Assembly (NCBI GenBank): GCA_964016885.1
Contig: OZ024747.1
Span: forward strand, 36,332,001-36,396,000
DNA from: Eledone cirrhosa
Lineage: Eukaryota
DNA length: 64,000 nucleotides
Reading direction: 5' to 3'
Shown here in pieces: positions 36,880 through 49,900 of this stretch. How positions within the stretch are numbered: the first letter of the stretch is position 1; each line of letters opens with the position of its first letter. The position numbers were made by a program, and so were the translations under genes. The notes beneath the pieces were generated by a model that was not told where the DNA came from, ran no database searches, and worked only from the letters and a program-made list of their open reading frames with translations.

Positions 36880-38000
36880 ATGTCGTCTTTGGCGTAGAGT
36901 ATTTCCAGGGCCTCAGGGTCCAGAGGTCACATGGTTTTTTTATTTCCGTTATACGATCTATCCCTAGCTAGGATCTCCCAGTGTAACTTATATTGGGTGT
37001 GGTTGTCTTTTAGACTTCAGATATAAGCTGAAAGTGACGTCATATTCCTTCTCAGAGGGTAAAGAAAAGAATTGGTATGCATGTAAATACGCTGCTTGAA
37101 TCTATTGGCGGTTAACGCTATGTAGGCCCTGCGGGACGTGGGTGTTTCCACCTTACATTTGTAGACAATGTTACTAGAGAGGCATTTCTCGGATAGGGGG
37201 CAGTCAACCCGATTCCTACAATTACAGTTTGTACTAGCTACAGGGTTGTACGTGTTCCCACGGCTAGGTAATTTAGCTAAATTTGAAGCTGTGATGTTAT
37301 GTGCAAGGTTAGGAGTCGTAGAGTAAGAAATTTTAATGGTATTTCTATTAAAGATTTTACTATATTTATGTGCTGGGGGGAAATGCTTCATAATAAGGGA
37401 GAGAAAGATCTTAGCTATTGGTGTGGCCACCTCCATATTATATGGTGGGTTATACCATATAATGCGTCGGGATCTATTTTTCCTAGGTCTATTCTCGTAC
37501 TCTATATAAGCTACCTTATCGACAAATCCACTCCGAGCAACAGCTTCATTGTAATATGTGGAATGGTCGTTGAAAATATGCTCGTTAGTAGATAGACGGG
37601 AAAGCCTCAAAGAAACGTTTCTTCCCAGGTTCTTGATTATGCTCGCAGGGTGGTTAGAATGCTTACTTATGTAATTAAGCGTATCATTCGGCTTTCTATA
37701 CCGGCAGTGCAAGCCATTCGACAAATCGACGGTAACGTCGAGGTAATTAATGACCGAGAGGTTGGCCTCAACCTGTATATAGAGGTTGAAGCCTTTAAAG
37801 AAGGCTGTGAGTCCTTTCTGAACCTGTCGCAAGCACGTGGCCCGCACTTTGTCATGGTCAAAAGACTGTCATTTCGGTACAAACCACCGCCCACGTTGGG
37901 GAATTCTTCCTTGATAGAGAAAAGAAGGAAAAGGCCGTTAAGATCATCCGCAGTAACATCCGCAGAATCGCTTGCGCCCATACTCACGTCGAATGGGGTG
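36880..38000 (-). pseudogene. PLE RT C-terminus + GIY-YIG fragment (YRDD-type lineage)
   Basis: FDVSMG, GLYRNDSL, NYLDVT, SNHP, IIWYNPPY, KIFNRNTIKISYS, CNCR..CPL..CL, IVYKC, FKQR..H. Confidence 0.85.
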
Positions 38001-38004
38001 TATA

Positions 38005-40412
38005 TAAAATAAATGAATACAAGGAGCATAAACCGTTAAAACATGTTTATATAACAATGCACCTACGTACGTTTCTCCCAATGTGGACTCATCAAGGGCA
38101 CGGAAAACAAAAAAATGATCAATACGCGACCCAGGAGGGGTTCTAAGGTTAAATTCACATCAGTGCATGTGATGTTATTCCCTCAGAGCAGGGTGAGTAA
38201 AACACTGGCCGGCGCTCGACCAATCATGTCCTACTTGGTTTTTTATCCATTCATATGATGGCATTTGTGCTATTATTTTATGGGTGCTGTTTCATTAATG
38301 CAGGTTCGAGACAAGTCTGGGATGCACATTTATTATTTTGTGGATGTTGTTTTACTCATGCCGGTTCGTGCAGTGTCTGGGATGTACATTTGGCTCACAG
38401 ATGTTTGCTTACACCGCCTGCCCACCGGATTGTTATGGTTTGGGCAGATGTGTTCTAAATCTCGTTTTGAACTGGCTAGAGGAGGCCACTATATAGTGTT
38501 TAACTCCATTATGGCTAGTTATGGTGCATCTATAAATAACCTTATCATTCAGGCAGTTTCCCCTGCGAGGGCAGCCTCCTGTGTCACAACAGTTGCATTT
38601 TCTGTCACTGTCACTCCTAGTTCCTGAAGTAAAGCTATTACTATTGCTACCGATGTTGTTATCTATGTTTCTATCTCGGTCGTTGGTACTGTTATATCTC
38701 AGGTTGTGAGGTGTTGTACCATTATCCCTCCGCTCGCCGCAGCCCATTCTGTTGTCAGTGGGTGATTCGTGCGGGTCACCAGTATATTCCCCAGTCTCGC
38801 CTAGGTTACGTCGGTTTCGTCTGCCGGGGCTGCCACCAACACTATTGGGTGCTGTTTGGAGATGTTAAGGTTATTAGTGTTGTTGTCAGGTCTAGATGTA
38901 TATGTGCTAAGGTACCGTGTTTTGGTGTTCTTATTGGGATTAGTTGCTCCTATGACGTCTGCTAGATTGGGGGTGGTAGAGAAGGATATTTTTATACAGT
39001 TCCTATTAAGTATTTTCCTGTATTTATGATTGGGTGGGAAATTCTTCTCTAAGGCTTCGAAGAATTTCCTCGGTAGGTCGCAGGCCACACTCCGAGAGTA
39101 TGGGGGTGGGACCATAGGACATTACGGTGGCGTTTCGGATTTACTGTGGGTTTGCTACAGGTTGTACTTCCTCGTTGACTGTACATACGGTCGTTACTGC
39201 TGTAGCCAGTTATGCGTCCCCTTCATTTTATGTTCAGGCGGTCGCGCCTTCCTTCCGTAATGTTTACGTGTGGCTAAACGCAGGTCGGAGGGCATTGCTT
39301 AAAGATCACAGCCGTTGCTAATCTTATAGTTAGGGAATAGTTCTAAAAGGCAGCAGGGGGTGGCTTTACCAATCGGGTTACCCTTATCATGCCGTAGGTT
39401 ATCTTGGCCGCCGCTCATGAAATTAACGGTGCGGCCAGGTTCCTTAGTGTGGTTCTCTATACTATAGTTCTTGACTCTGTCCTGGCTGTAGCGTACTCTG
39501 TTATAGGTATGGCCTACTATAACATTAGTCCTATGATGGGTTCTGTTTCTAGAGCTAGCGTTAAGGATGTAGGAGATTCTCCTGTTAAATCCAGCATTTA
39601 GTATGGCCTTATCGTAGTATTCAGCCGCTTGGTTGAAGATTTCCTCGTTGGCCGAGTGCCTCGAAATCATATGGGATATACTATATACTATGAAGTTAAG
39701 AGTAGACTTAGGGTGGTTAGGTGCATAGTTTATATAAGACATAATCTCGCCAGGCTTATGGTATGGCTTGTATAGGCCCGTGCTCAACTCCAGGCTTACG
39801 TCCAGGAAGTTGACTATCTACATCATAAGAACATCCCACGAGCTCATAAACAGCAGGGCTGAATCAGTCATAAACTGTAAGCCCCAAGTGCAGGCCTCGT
39901 TCTTCGCCTGGGAAGCGACTGCGGCATGAAAACTATAAACTGGATCCACCTGCCCAAACCATAACAATCCTGTGGGAAGGCGGTGTAATCTAACATCTGT
40001 GAACCAAATGTACATCCCAGACACTGCAAGAACCGGCATGAGTAAAACAACACCGATAAAATAATAAATGTGCATCCCAGACTTGGCTCGAACCTGCATT
40101 AGTGAAACAGCACCCATAAAATAATAACACAAATGCCATCATATGAATGGATAAAAAACTAAGTAGGACATGATTGGTCGAGCACCGGCCAGAGTTACTC
40201 CCATGCTCTGACGGAATAACAACACATGCACTTCAGCGAAGAATGAACTCTGATGTGAATTTAACCTTAGAACCCCTCCTGAGTCACGTATTGATCATTT
40301 TTTGTTTGTTTTCCATGCCCTTGATAAGTCCACTCTGGGCGAAACGTACGTAGGTGCATTGTTATATAAACATGTTTTAACGGTGTATGCTCCTTGTATT
40401 CATTTCATTTAT
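38005..40412 (-). mobile_element. Degenerate PLE with inverted 3' arm
   Basis: ORF remnants at 38433-39800 (VNFLDV, PNHP, PPPYS, KILNRNCIKISFS, CNC..CP..NCL). About 38005-38447 is inverted at ~39947-40412. Hammerhead-like motifs at 38057-38100 (-) and 40315-40359 (+). Confidence 0.82.
40315..40359 (+). ncRNA. Hammerhead motif, U3-A8 variant, palindromic stem III
   Basis: atgccc TTGATAA gtcca-ctc-tgggc GAAA cgtacg TA ggtgcat. Confidence 0.62.
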
Positions 40413-40836
40413 AATCGCTCTGCTTATTTTCTCGCCCACTAAATATTAACGCTTCTAATATTTAACCCTGTAGGCACGAGTATTGAGCACATTTGGACAA
40501 ACTGTTGGCAACTAATATATGTATCGCCCATCTTTCCTTTTTTCTCAGTCATTAGACAGTGGTAATAAAAATATATGAAATATAAAATATTTATGTTAAA
40601 ACGAAGGTAAATTTGCCACAACTATTTTTTATGAGTTTACAAAATAGGTTTTCAAAGTGATTCAGATAGCAATAAACAAGAACCCGAAAGCTTATATGTT
40701 TCCCAAAGGCTGAAGATTGCTGGTACACCAGAGATTAAATTGCTACGATTACTTGAACACCACAATGAAATATAAGCTTAGTTTCCAGGAAATAAAATAT
40801 AAATACAAACAACGTAAAAATAAATAAATACACACG

Positions 40837-40903
<67 letters not shown>

Positions 40904-42025
40904 ATAAAATAACAGGAGGCTGGACTGGTGTAAATCCTTGGAAGGTTTATTATACTATGATCATTTCAATGACCGGGTTCCATATGAATCCGGTGATATC
41001 ATCAGGTATTGGAATATAACAAAGGAATTTGTAAAAAAGCATGGGTCCGAAAAATCAGAGACAGAGACAAAGAGGACGACTGACCAACTAGCTGCCTTTA
41101 TCTCGGCCAGTTGCCCTCAAAGTGGTGGCAACTGAATCTACTAATGAATATCTGGTGAGGGGGCGAAGGCTTATAATACACTACCACCTCACCGTCAAAG
41201 AAAAAGGGGAAGAAAGAAAGAAACGGAGAAAGAAGTCAGCGTAAGGGTCACACTACATTCATGCTAGAAAATGCCCCGAAAAAATGCTACTCCAAAGAAT
41301 CTATAATGGTGTCTGTATGGTCTAATGTGTGAACCGAAGATTGGAACATTAAACTTATGTTGCGAGTTATAGGATGAAATTAAATTAAATTAAAAATATT
41401 AATAAAATTGCAAAATTATAAATTGAAAAATAAGTTATTAGAAAATTAAAGGTTAAGGTAGCGAGATTTATTTAATGAACATACGGAGAGAGTCTTATTT
41501 GGAAACGATTTATCTCGATAAGATATTACGATGGGATATAGAGTAAAGATTTCGATTGCGAGTCCCATCAGCACCCCCCCCCCCCCCCCACCATGAGTCA
41601 GCCAGTCTCGAGTGGTATCGTCCAGCAAAAGAAATGGAAATTAATTTTTCCGAGTACTCTAGGAACGCAGCTACCTTAGGCCCCGGGAGCGCTAGCGGGA
41701 ACCCCACAATTTCGAAAGGCCATCGTCTATACCAATCGAATATTATTAAATCACATATGAGGGGTTTATTTACGTGCCAGTCGAGGCATGATACAGCTAA
41801 TAGCTATGCCTAAACCTGGAGTTTATAGGTATAAGTATAATATGGCGGCCAAAACAGGCGGTGCGGTGGGACCGGGGCAAAGCAAGTTGCACCGAGTAAT
41901 TTCGTTTACTGAAAGAGGAGAAATTTATTTTTCAGAGCACTAAAGGAAGGCTGAACTTTCCGAGTGCCCAGCGCCCAGCCGGGAAAAGCCACCACACAAG
42001 TCGAAGGTAGCAAACCCAATGAAAA

Positions 42026-42625
42026 GTGCAAACTGACCACACCCTTAAAGAGAAATTTCCTTGCCATAATATCGGTTTATACCGAGACGACGGTTTGACA
42101 ATGTCTCATACCACCAACGGCTTAATCAATACCTTTGCTAACCTAAACCTAAACATTACTATAGTTACGAATCTTACTAATACTAACTTCCTTGATATCA
42201 ATCTTGACCTACTTACTGCCTCTTTTAAACCTTATAAACCTAATGAAAATTTAAGATATATACAAAAAGAATCTTGCCATCCCCCTATAGTCTTTAACAA
42301 TATTATTTCAAACATTAGCCGTAGGATCTCTACCTTATCTTCGTCTATAGATATGTTTAACAAACTGCCCCTTATTATAATAAGGCCATCAATAACAGCG
42401 ACTTCACCAAACAAATTAAATATTTACCTACACATCTTTCTAACACAAACTAAACACAATAACAAGAAAAGAAAAATCATTTGGTTTACATATCCCTTCT
42501 CTCTAACTGTTAAAACTAACGTAGGAAGAAAATTCCTCGACCTTCTAGACAAATATGTTCCCCCTAAAAATAGATATAATAAGATATTTAATAGAAATTT
42601 AGTTAAAATTGTAACTATGTATTAG
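42026..42625 (+). pseudogene. PLE RT fragment
   Basis: IGLYRDDGL, NFLDI, SCHPP, IIWF..PFS..VKTNVGRKFL, KIFNRN. Confidence 0.8.
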
Positions 42626-42629
42626 TCAG

Positions 42630-42956
42630 TCTCTTCTTCATACCGTGAGCAAAGAAAATCCAACTTTTTTTATGGCCTAGGGCCCGAATTAGGTGAAAAA
42701 CTTCATTTTTGTCAGCTTTTTGCGGCTTTTTGGAGGCTTTACGTCATTTTCTTGATCCCCTAGGGCGTGCATTAGGTGAAAAACTGCATTTTTCCTGCTT
42801 CATCGAGGAAAATCTTAAAGATTCTCCAGCCATGAGAGTATTCGGTTTATTTTCTTTACATATTGTCCATGCATGCAGTTTTTCCATGATTAGGTCTGTT
42901 GGCGGCCCGCGTTCCAAAATACATTATCCCGTGCAACGCCGGGTACCACTGCTAGT
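42630..42956 (+). mobile_element. Helitron-like 3' end
   Basis: cccgtgcaacgccggg hairpin followed by CTAG|T at ~42928-42957. The 5' boundary is uncertain. Confidence 0.6.
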
Positions 42957-43554
42957 ATTTAATAAAAACACCATGTTATTTATTCATTCTGAGGACAGTG
43001 GACAGATATAAATATCTGCTTTCAACAAACCACTGGTAAATGAAATAATTATCTTATGTTGTTTATTACATAACTAATTTATATATATATAATTTACCAT
43101 CGTGACCAGTGAATAACAGCGAACGATACTGAAATCTTGGTCGCCTGCCTCCAGTGATTTCATCAAATAAAATTTAGCTTTATAATATCGATGATGACAC
43201 ATCTCTACTAACAAATTATGTGGCAAAACCACATAACAAATCGGGTGTCTAACAATTCAGCAACATTTGAACGTGAACCTCATGTGAAAGCACATATCTG
43301 AAAAGCTCTTGATTCCAGGGTGAGGAACGAACATAATCGATCGTTCCTCGAGCTGATCGGCAGTGAAACATATGTAATATGCGAATAAATATGTATTTGA
43401 TGAGAGAGAAAGAATGCGGAGGTGTGCTTATCATTTTGATATGAAAACTAATAAAAAACCTTATAATTCAGTTAACAATCTCTATCGGATTTTTAAATCC
43501 AGGAAAGACACAACATACAACATTTGGCAGAATTTGAAAACGAATTAACCAATA

Positions 43555-43891
43555 TGGCAGTATTGGTAGAGAGTCGGACACCATGCTTTGACACATAGAG
43601 TTACGGCACTTTCCATTCTGAGGTCAAACCCCGCCGAGGTCAACTTTGCCTTTCATCCTTACGGGGTCGATAAAATAAAGTACCAGTAATCTACTGGCCT
43701 TGTGCCAAAATAGAAACAATTATTATCGGTAGAGGGTCTGACGCCATGCTTTGACGCATAGTGTTACGGCCCTTGCCATTCTGAGTTCAAATCCAGCCGA
43801 GGTTAACTTTGCCTTTCATCGGTGTCGATAAAATAAAGTACCAGTAATGCACTGGGTATGCTGGCCTTGTGGCAAAAGTAGTAACAATTAT
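43555..43891 (+). mobile_element. Two tandem tRNA-derived SINEs
   Basis: Family core and tail occur twice. Confidence 0.85.
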
Positions 43892-43899
43892 TCAAGGTA

Positions 43900-44410
43900 T
43901 TAAATTTAAGAAAAACCCATAAATTGGCCGGGAGTATCTCAAAAACCTTAGGGACAAAATTAGTGAACTTCAAAAAACCAATAAAATTCTGATGCACTCT
44001 GATAAAACAACAACCTCTGTTGTCTTGACAAAGATGAGTATAATAAGATAACTCAGGATAACGTTGAATCTGAGCTACCTGTCAGCTTTATAGCTCAATC
44101 TAAATATTACTTTGGAATTATAAGTAAAAGTATTCTAGATAGAATCATACCAGCTTTAAGGCTACGATCGCAACTTAAATTATCGAACGGTATAAATATG
44201 GTTATCGCTTGGTTCAGGGAACTTCAAAATAAAAACAAGACCAAATTTATTGAATTGGATATAACCAATTACTATTTTTCTATTTCTCCTGCACTACAAA
44301 ACAAAGCCTTAACATACGCAAAAAAATATACAGATCTTTCAAGTCATGAAATTAATATTATCCTTACTGCTAGAAAAACTAGTATTGATTTCAATGGCGA
44401 ACTACAGACT
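43900..44410 (+). pseudogene. PLE RT N-terminal fragment
   Basis: SDKT, GIISKSILDRI, VIAWF...KFIELDI.NYYFSIS..L.KAL.YA. Confidence 0.7.
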
Positions 44411-44605
44411 TGAGCCTTGGTTGGCATTGATCATATGCTTCGTTGTCGTCGATCTGTCCAGCTCGTTTGACAGCCAGTATAACAAAAGAAACCTGCATAT
44501 TCTATGCATTTTGTTTGACGAGATGTTTTGGATTATGTTATACATAAGACTTGCATCTTCGAAACATGTACACTAAAATAGAGATGATCTAAAGAAACTA
44601 TCGTT

Positions 44606-44841
44606 TGTTCAAATCCCGCCAAGGTTAACTTTGCCTTTCATCCTTACCGGGTCGATAAAATAAAGCACCAGTAATACATTGTGATAATTGCTGGCCTTGT
44701 GCCCAAAGTAGAAACAATTCTTCTTCTTCTTCTTCTTCTTCTTCTTCTTCTTCTTCTTCTTCTTCTTCTTCTTCTTCTTCTTCTTCTTCTTCTTCTTCTT
44801 CTTCTTCTTCTTCTTCTTCTCATTATTATTATTATTATTAT
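44606..44841 (+). mobile_element. Partial SINE with (CTT)n and (ATT)n tail
   Basis: B-box, core and tail, followed by a ~100-bp (CTT)n tract. Confidence 0.8.
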
Positions 44842-46895
44842 TCTTTGAGTCTCAGTCATTGATGTTAGTTAACTGGAAAGTTTGTTGAAATGAATATCAA
44901 GCCACTACCTGCAGCCTCAGATATTCCGCAGATATCGGAAAGTCCTTGCTGTTCCAAGCAAGCATGCCTTTTGAAGTGTTCCAAAAAGTGGGGCGGGGCC
45001 AATTTTCTTTAACCATCCCTGGAAACATTTTGAGATAGTACCTAGTGCGCCTATGACAATGGGACAACTTGGACTTCATGGCAGTTCCAAATCCTTTTTA
45101 CCTCCCACTTTAAGTCCTGGTATCGGTTAATTTTCTCCCTATCCTTCTCTTGCACTCTCGTGTCAAATGGGCAGGCCACATCCACAATCAGGCACGATCT
45201 TTTTTCCTTGTCCAAAACCACCCGATCAGGTCTATTGTGTTCCAGTTTCTTGTCCATCTGTATCCTAAAATCCCATAGCACCTTCACCTGATCGTTTTCT
45301 ATCACCGACCCTGGCTTATGCTCATACCACTTCTCAGAATATGGTAAATTGTTTACTTTGCATAGGTTCCAGTGGATCAACATGCCCGTCATGTCTCCAG
45401 CCTTTATAGTGAGTCTGGGCTAGGTGTTTACACTCGGATACAATGTGAGCCACAGTCTCCTCTCTCTCTCCACAGATCCTGCACAGTGGGCTAGCCTCCT
45501 CCTTGTAAATATGGTGTTTCAGCCACTTCGTTTTAAGGGACTGCTCTTGCGCAGCCATTAGCATTCCTTCTGTAGCCTTTTTAAGGTCTCCTCTTCTCAA
45601 CCAGTTCCATGTCTGTGGATCTCTAAATTCCGTTTTCTCAAAGAAGGTACTATGAAGGGATATTTCATGAAGGTTGCTTTTTCTCCTCGTTGTTATTTCC
45701 TCCTTGGACATCCCCTGGTCTATTGTCCTCTCCTTCAGTACAATTCTGAGTATTGACTCCTTACTATCGGTCACGTATTTGTGTAGGTTGTTTTTCTCCA
45801 TCTGAACACAGTCCTCTATGCTGATAAGACCTCATCCACCTTCAGATCTCCTTAAGTAGAGTCTATCGACATCACTCCTCTTGTGGAACATGTTGTAGAT
45901 AGTCAATAGCTTCCTAGTCTTCCTATCCATTTCTTTTTGTTCAGCAACATTCCATCTCAGAATTCCCGCAATGTACCTAATAATAGACACAGCTCGGGAA
46001 TTTACTGCACTTATGGCATTCCTACTGTTCAGATGTGACTTTAATACGCTCCTTACTCTCCGAATGTATTCAGATCTTATCAATTCCTTCATTTTTTTGT
46101 TTTTGATGTCATCAGCCTCCAGAACACCCAAATACTTGTATCCTTCTTCCGTGTCAATTTCCTTTATCATCTCACCTGTTGGTACCTGGATTCCTTTGCT
46201 TCTGCTCAATTTACCCCCTCTTCATCACAAGGACTCCACACTTACTAATACCAAATTGCATACATATATCATTGCTGAAAATACGGACCGTGTCAACAAG
46301 CACATCCAACTCCTTCTCACTCTTTCCGAAGAACTTAAGATCGTCCATGAAGAGGAGGTGATTGATGGTAAGCTCTCTCTTTCCCAACTTGTATCCTGCT
46401 CTCACTTTTCGCAGTATAATGGTCAGGGGCATCAGGGCAAGGACAAACAACAGAGGGGACAGACTATCTCCATGGAAGATACCTCTCTTGATATTCACGC
46501 CTCCGAAGGATTCTCCAGCTGATGTTAACTCTGTTTTACAGGACTTCATACGTTTGCCCAACAACTGCCTGATGTTATCTGCCACCTTGAAGATCTCCAG
46601 GCTTTTGGTGATCCTAGAATGAGGCACCATGTCAAATGCCTTTTTGTAGTCTATCCATCCCATGGCAAGACCAGCGTGTCTCCTCTTGCAATTCATCATT
46701 ACCATCTTATCAATAAGTAACTGGTCCTTTATACCACGGGACTTCTTTCGGCATCCTTTCTCTTCGTCCGGTAACAAGTTGTTCGTGTGGAGGTGATGGT
46801 AGATTTCCTCAGACACAATGCTTGTCAACAGTTTCCATATTACTGACAGACATGTGATAGGTCTATAGTTGGTAACATCATTTCCCTTGATTCGG

Positions 46896-46897
<2 letters not shown>
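44842..46897 (-). mobile_element. R4/Dong-like non-LTR retrotransposon, 5'-truncated (RT + CCHC + RLE), flanked by (TAA)n
   Basis: NYRPITCL, WIDYKKAFDMVPH, GIFHGDSLSPLLF, LFMDDLK, YKYLG, RLYL.R..GG.GL, CRICG..ETVAHIVSEC, RH, RPD, DVACP, EK..RY.DL. Confidence 0.9.
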
Positions 46898-46933
<36 letters not shown>

Positions 46934-46953
46934 GTTATTATTATTATTATTAT

Positions 46954-49900
46954 TGAATGCTATGGTTGACGGAGGTTCGGCTCTGTAAGGTATTGTAAAT
47001 TTTGAACGCTATAACAATTGTAAATTGTTTAAAACTTTAACCAACTTGTAGACAAAAACACCCTCCTCCTCGTGAGAGGGGTCTTTCTGCCCATTAGTTG
47101 GCCCTTCGGGGTTAAATAACTGCTTATTGGGGTTTTGTGCCCAATATTTATTTTAAACAAAAAAAAAACAACATGGCTACGAAAAAGAATTTCCATAGGT
47201 CACTCCCACTCATTCCGTCTTCATCTTGCTCAATCGTCACTACAGCAGAGAGAAGATTGTCTCTCTCCCTCCCTTCTTTAAACGTGTCTCTCTCCCTCCC
47301 TTCTCTTTCGCAAGCGACGACAGAAAAGAAAAGTCTCGTGCAAAGCGTGCAAGATTTCTCCACGACGACGACGACAACGACGAAACAGGTGTGCGGTAAA
47401 TATGAAAACCCATTTCATTCGTCTGACATCAGGAATAATAGCAGTAGCAGCCGTAATAACAACAGCAACAGTGACAATGAAAACAACAGTAGCAGCCGCA
47501 ACAGCATCAGCAGCAGCATAAACAACAACAGCATTAGCAGCAGCAACAACAACAACAACCAAAGCAACAGCGGCGGCGGCAGTAGTCGTAGTTTATGCAG
47601 CAACAACAAAAGTAACAGCAGCTCTGACGACAACAACAACAACAACAGCAGCAAAGAAAAACCAATCTCGTTTGCAGGTATCGCGAAGAACCTGGAAACA
47701 TTCCTCATAACAAATGAGGAATTAGAGGAAGCGAAGAAGATGGTGACAAAAACTGGACACCGAGCAATCTGCAAGGCATCGGAAACATTTTTCGAAACCC
47801 AACAGCACTGTACGGTCACGTACCGTACAGTAAGTACAAAATCCCGTAGGGTGGAAAGAGCCACAGAGACTCAAATACAAAAAGCCTTGGGGTCTGTGTG
47901 GCAGCGGAAAACACACATCAGGCAAGAAATATGCCACCGTAGACGTACTTTTTGCCACACCCCAGGAGGCAAAGCCTCAATCCGTAGTGACCCTAAGGAG
48001 CGAGGAAATGGTGTTGGTGCCCTCCTACTGCGAGCAAAAAATTGTGAGGGTCAAACTGACCCACCCCCCGGGATGGCCCCTTCTTGGCTGGACGCGTCTG
48101 TCCTCGTCGCAATCGAGGACAAAACAACTGTACTGCAAGTACAGAAAAAAGTAAGAGAAGATTGGGTCGGCACCTCCATTGAGATGTTAATCCAAACCAA
48201 CCAGGAGTGCATCGAAGCTATACCGGATGTGATAGACTTCGATAACGGCACTCAACTGCCCATAAGTGTTGAGGGCAAACGCCCGAAATGCTTTCGCTGT
48301 GGATCGAAGAGTCAGCTCAGGGCCTTCTGCAACGAGAAGACCCTGAGAAAGGAGAAAACCCCCCTCCTTCCGAAACCAGCTCCACGGCTACCAGCAACAG
48401 GACAAGCGGCAACCCACGCCACGGAAATCAAAAACAGCAGCAGCAGTGGAAGTATTAACAACAACAACAGCAATAACAAACGCAGCTGATACAGAGACTC
48501 CAGTGCAAACATCACCAACAACAACAAGTGAAAGAGTGGAGCTGGTACCCCTCCCCGACCTCACAGAATCAGACATGGAGTGTGAGGTGGGAGAGGGATG
48601 GCAAATTGTCGTAAGAAGGCACAAACGCAGAAGCAGCGCATCGTCGCCTTTGAAAAGGGAGGAAAGAAATGAAAAAAGGGTAAAGTCTACTGCAAAGAGA
48701 CTCACAGCAGCAACACCACCAACACCATCACCACCCACACTAGCACCCACCACCATCACCACCGGCGACAACCCCACCGCCAACAACAACAACACCTTCA
48801 ACACCACCACCACAAGCACCAATATCGGAAACACAACAACAAAACACACACACACAGCAAATACGACAAGAAAATAGCAGAACCACACCCCACCCCCAGA
48901 AAACAAATGCACGGCAATACATACACACAACAAGAAACTAATAACTTACATAATTGAACACACAGACATTTCACAACACGACTACATAATACCAGCACCA
49001 ATCAAAACGCCAACTAACATAAGACTGCTAAAAATAGCACAGAAACAATACACAAACATTAAAACGAAATTCCCCAACGCAGTTGGTGATTTCAGAGACC
49101 TAGGAGGAACTATTAACCGAAGAGTATATTCGGACATACTCATAGAAGAGCCGATGACCAGCCGAAGGGACGATTCAACGGTCCGTTCACCAGATGATCA
49201 AGTGAAAAGGGATGTAAAAACCATCCCTCCTCTACGAAAAGTACGGTAAATGGTCTTTCCCATCTTTTCCACTCTATTTTAAACATGACCTCACTCAGAA
49301 TAGGCAGCATAAATGCGCGTGGCTTGGGGTCGTCATGGAAGCAGGGTCACCTGCTCAACGACCTCAGGTCACTAAACATAGATGTAGTGGCCATCAGCGA
49401 GACCAGAATCTCCGAAGCACGGGCCTTCGCACCGATCTTCGGCGGCTACGATGTGTACGCATCTCCCAGCCGTCCTGGATCGGGGGGAGGAGTTGCTGTG
49501 CTTTTTCGGAGAGGTTTGGATCTCGCCATACATCCATCTTCCTGGACCCAGAGGGTAAGTTGGTCGTGCTGGACGTGACCAGCGGAGACGGGCAAGCTTT
49601 CAGGCTAGTGGCCGTCTATGCCCCGACAGGAGCAGGGCGGCCTGATTTCGTCTGGAGACCTTTCTTGGAACGTCCCGCTCTTTAGTGTTAGTGGGCGACT
49701 GGAACGGGATCTTAGATGCACGCTGGGACTGTGGGAGATTAGCGGATAGGGGTGGAGGGTGCAAGAGCCTCACCAACCTGCTCAGGCGTTTTGAACTGTC
49801 TGACTGGTACCGATTGGATTTTCCGAATGTGCCAATGTGGACTTGGACAAATCGAATAGGGTCATCCAGATCATATCTAGATAGAGTATTTTGTAGGGAA

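Noticed and set aside
41690-42020. GC-richer patch with CCAAT and ATGGCGGC motifs as a host promoter or ncRNA
   Set aside because: No linked exon or recognisable RNA family; short motifs alone are insufficient.
44644-44859. Poly-Arg protamine-like ORF
   Set aside because: Translation of the (CTT)n SINE tail.
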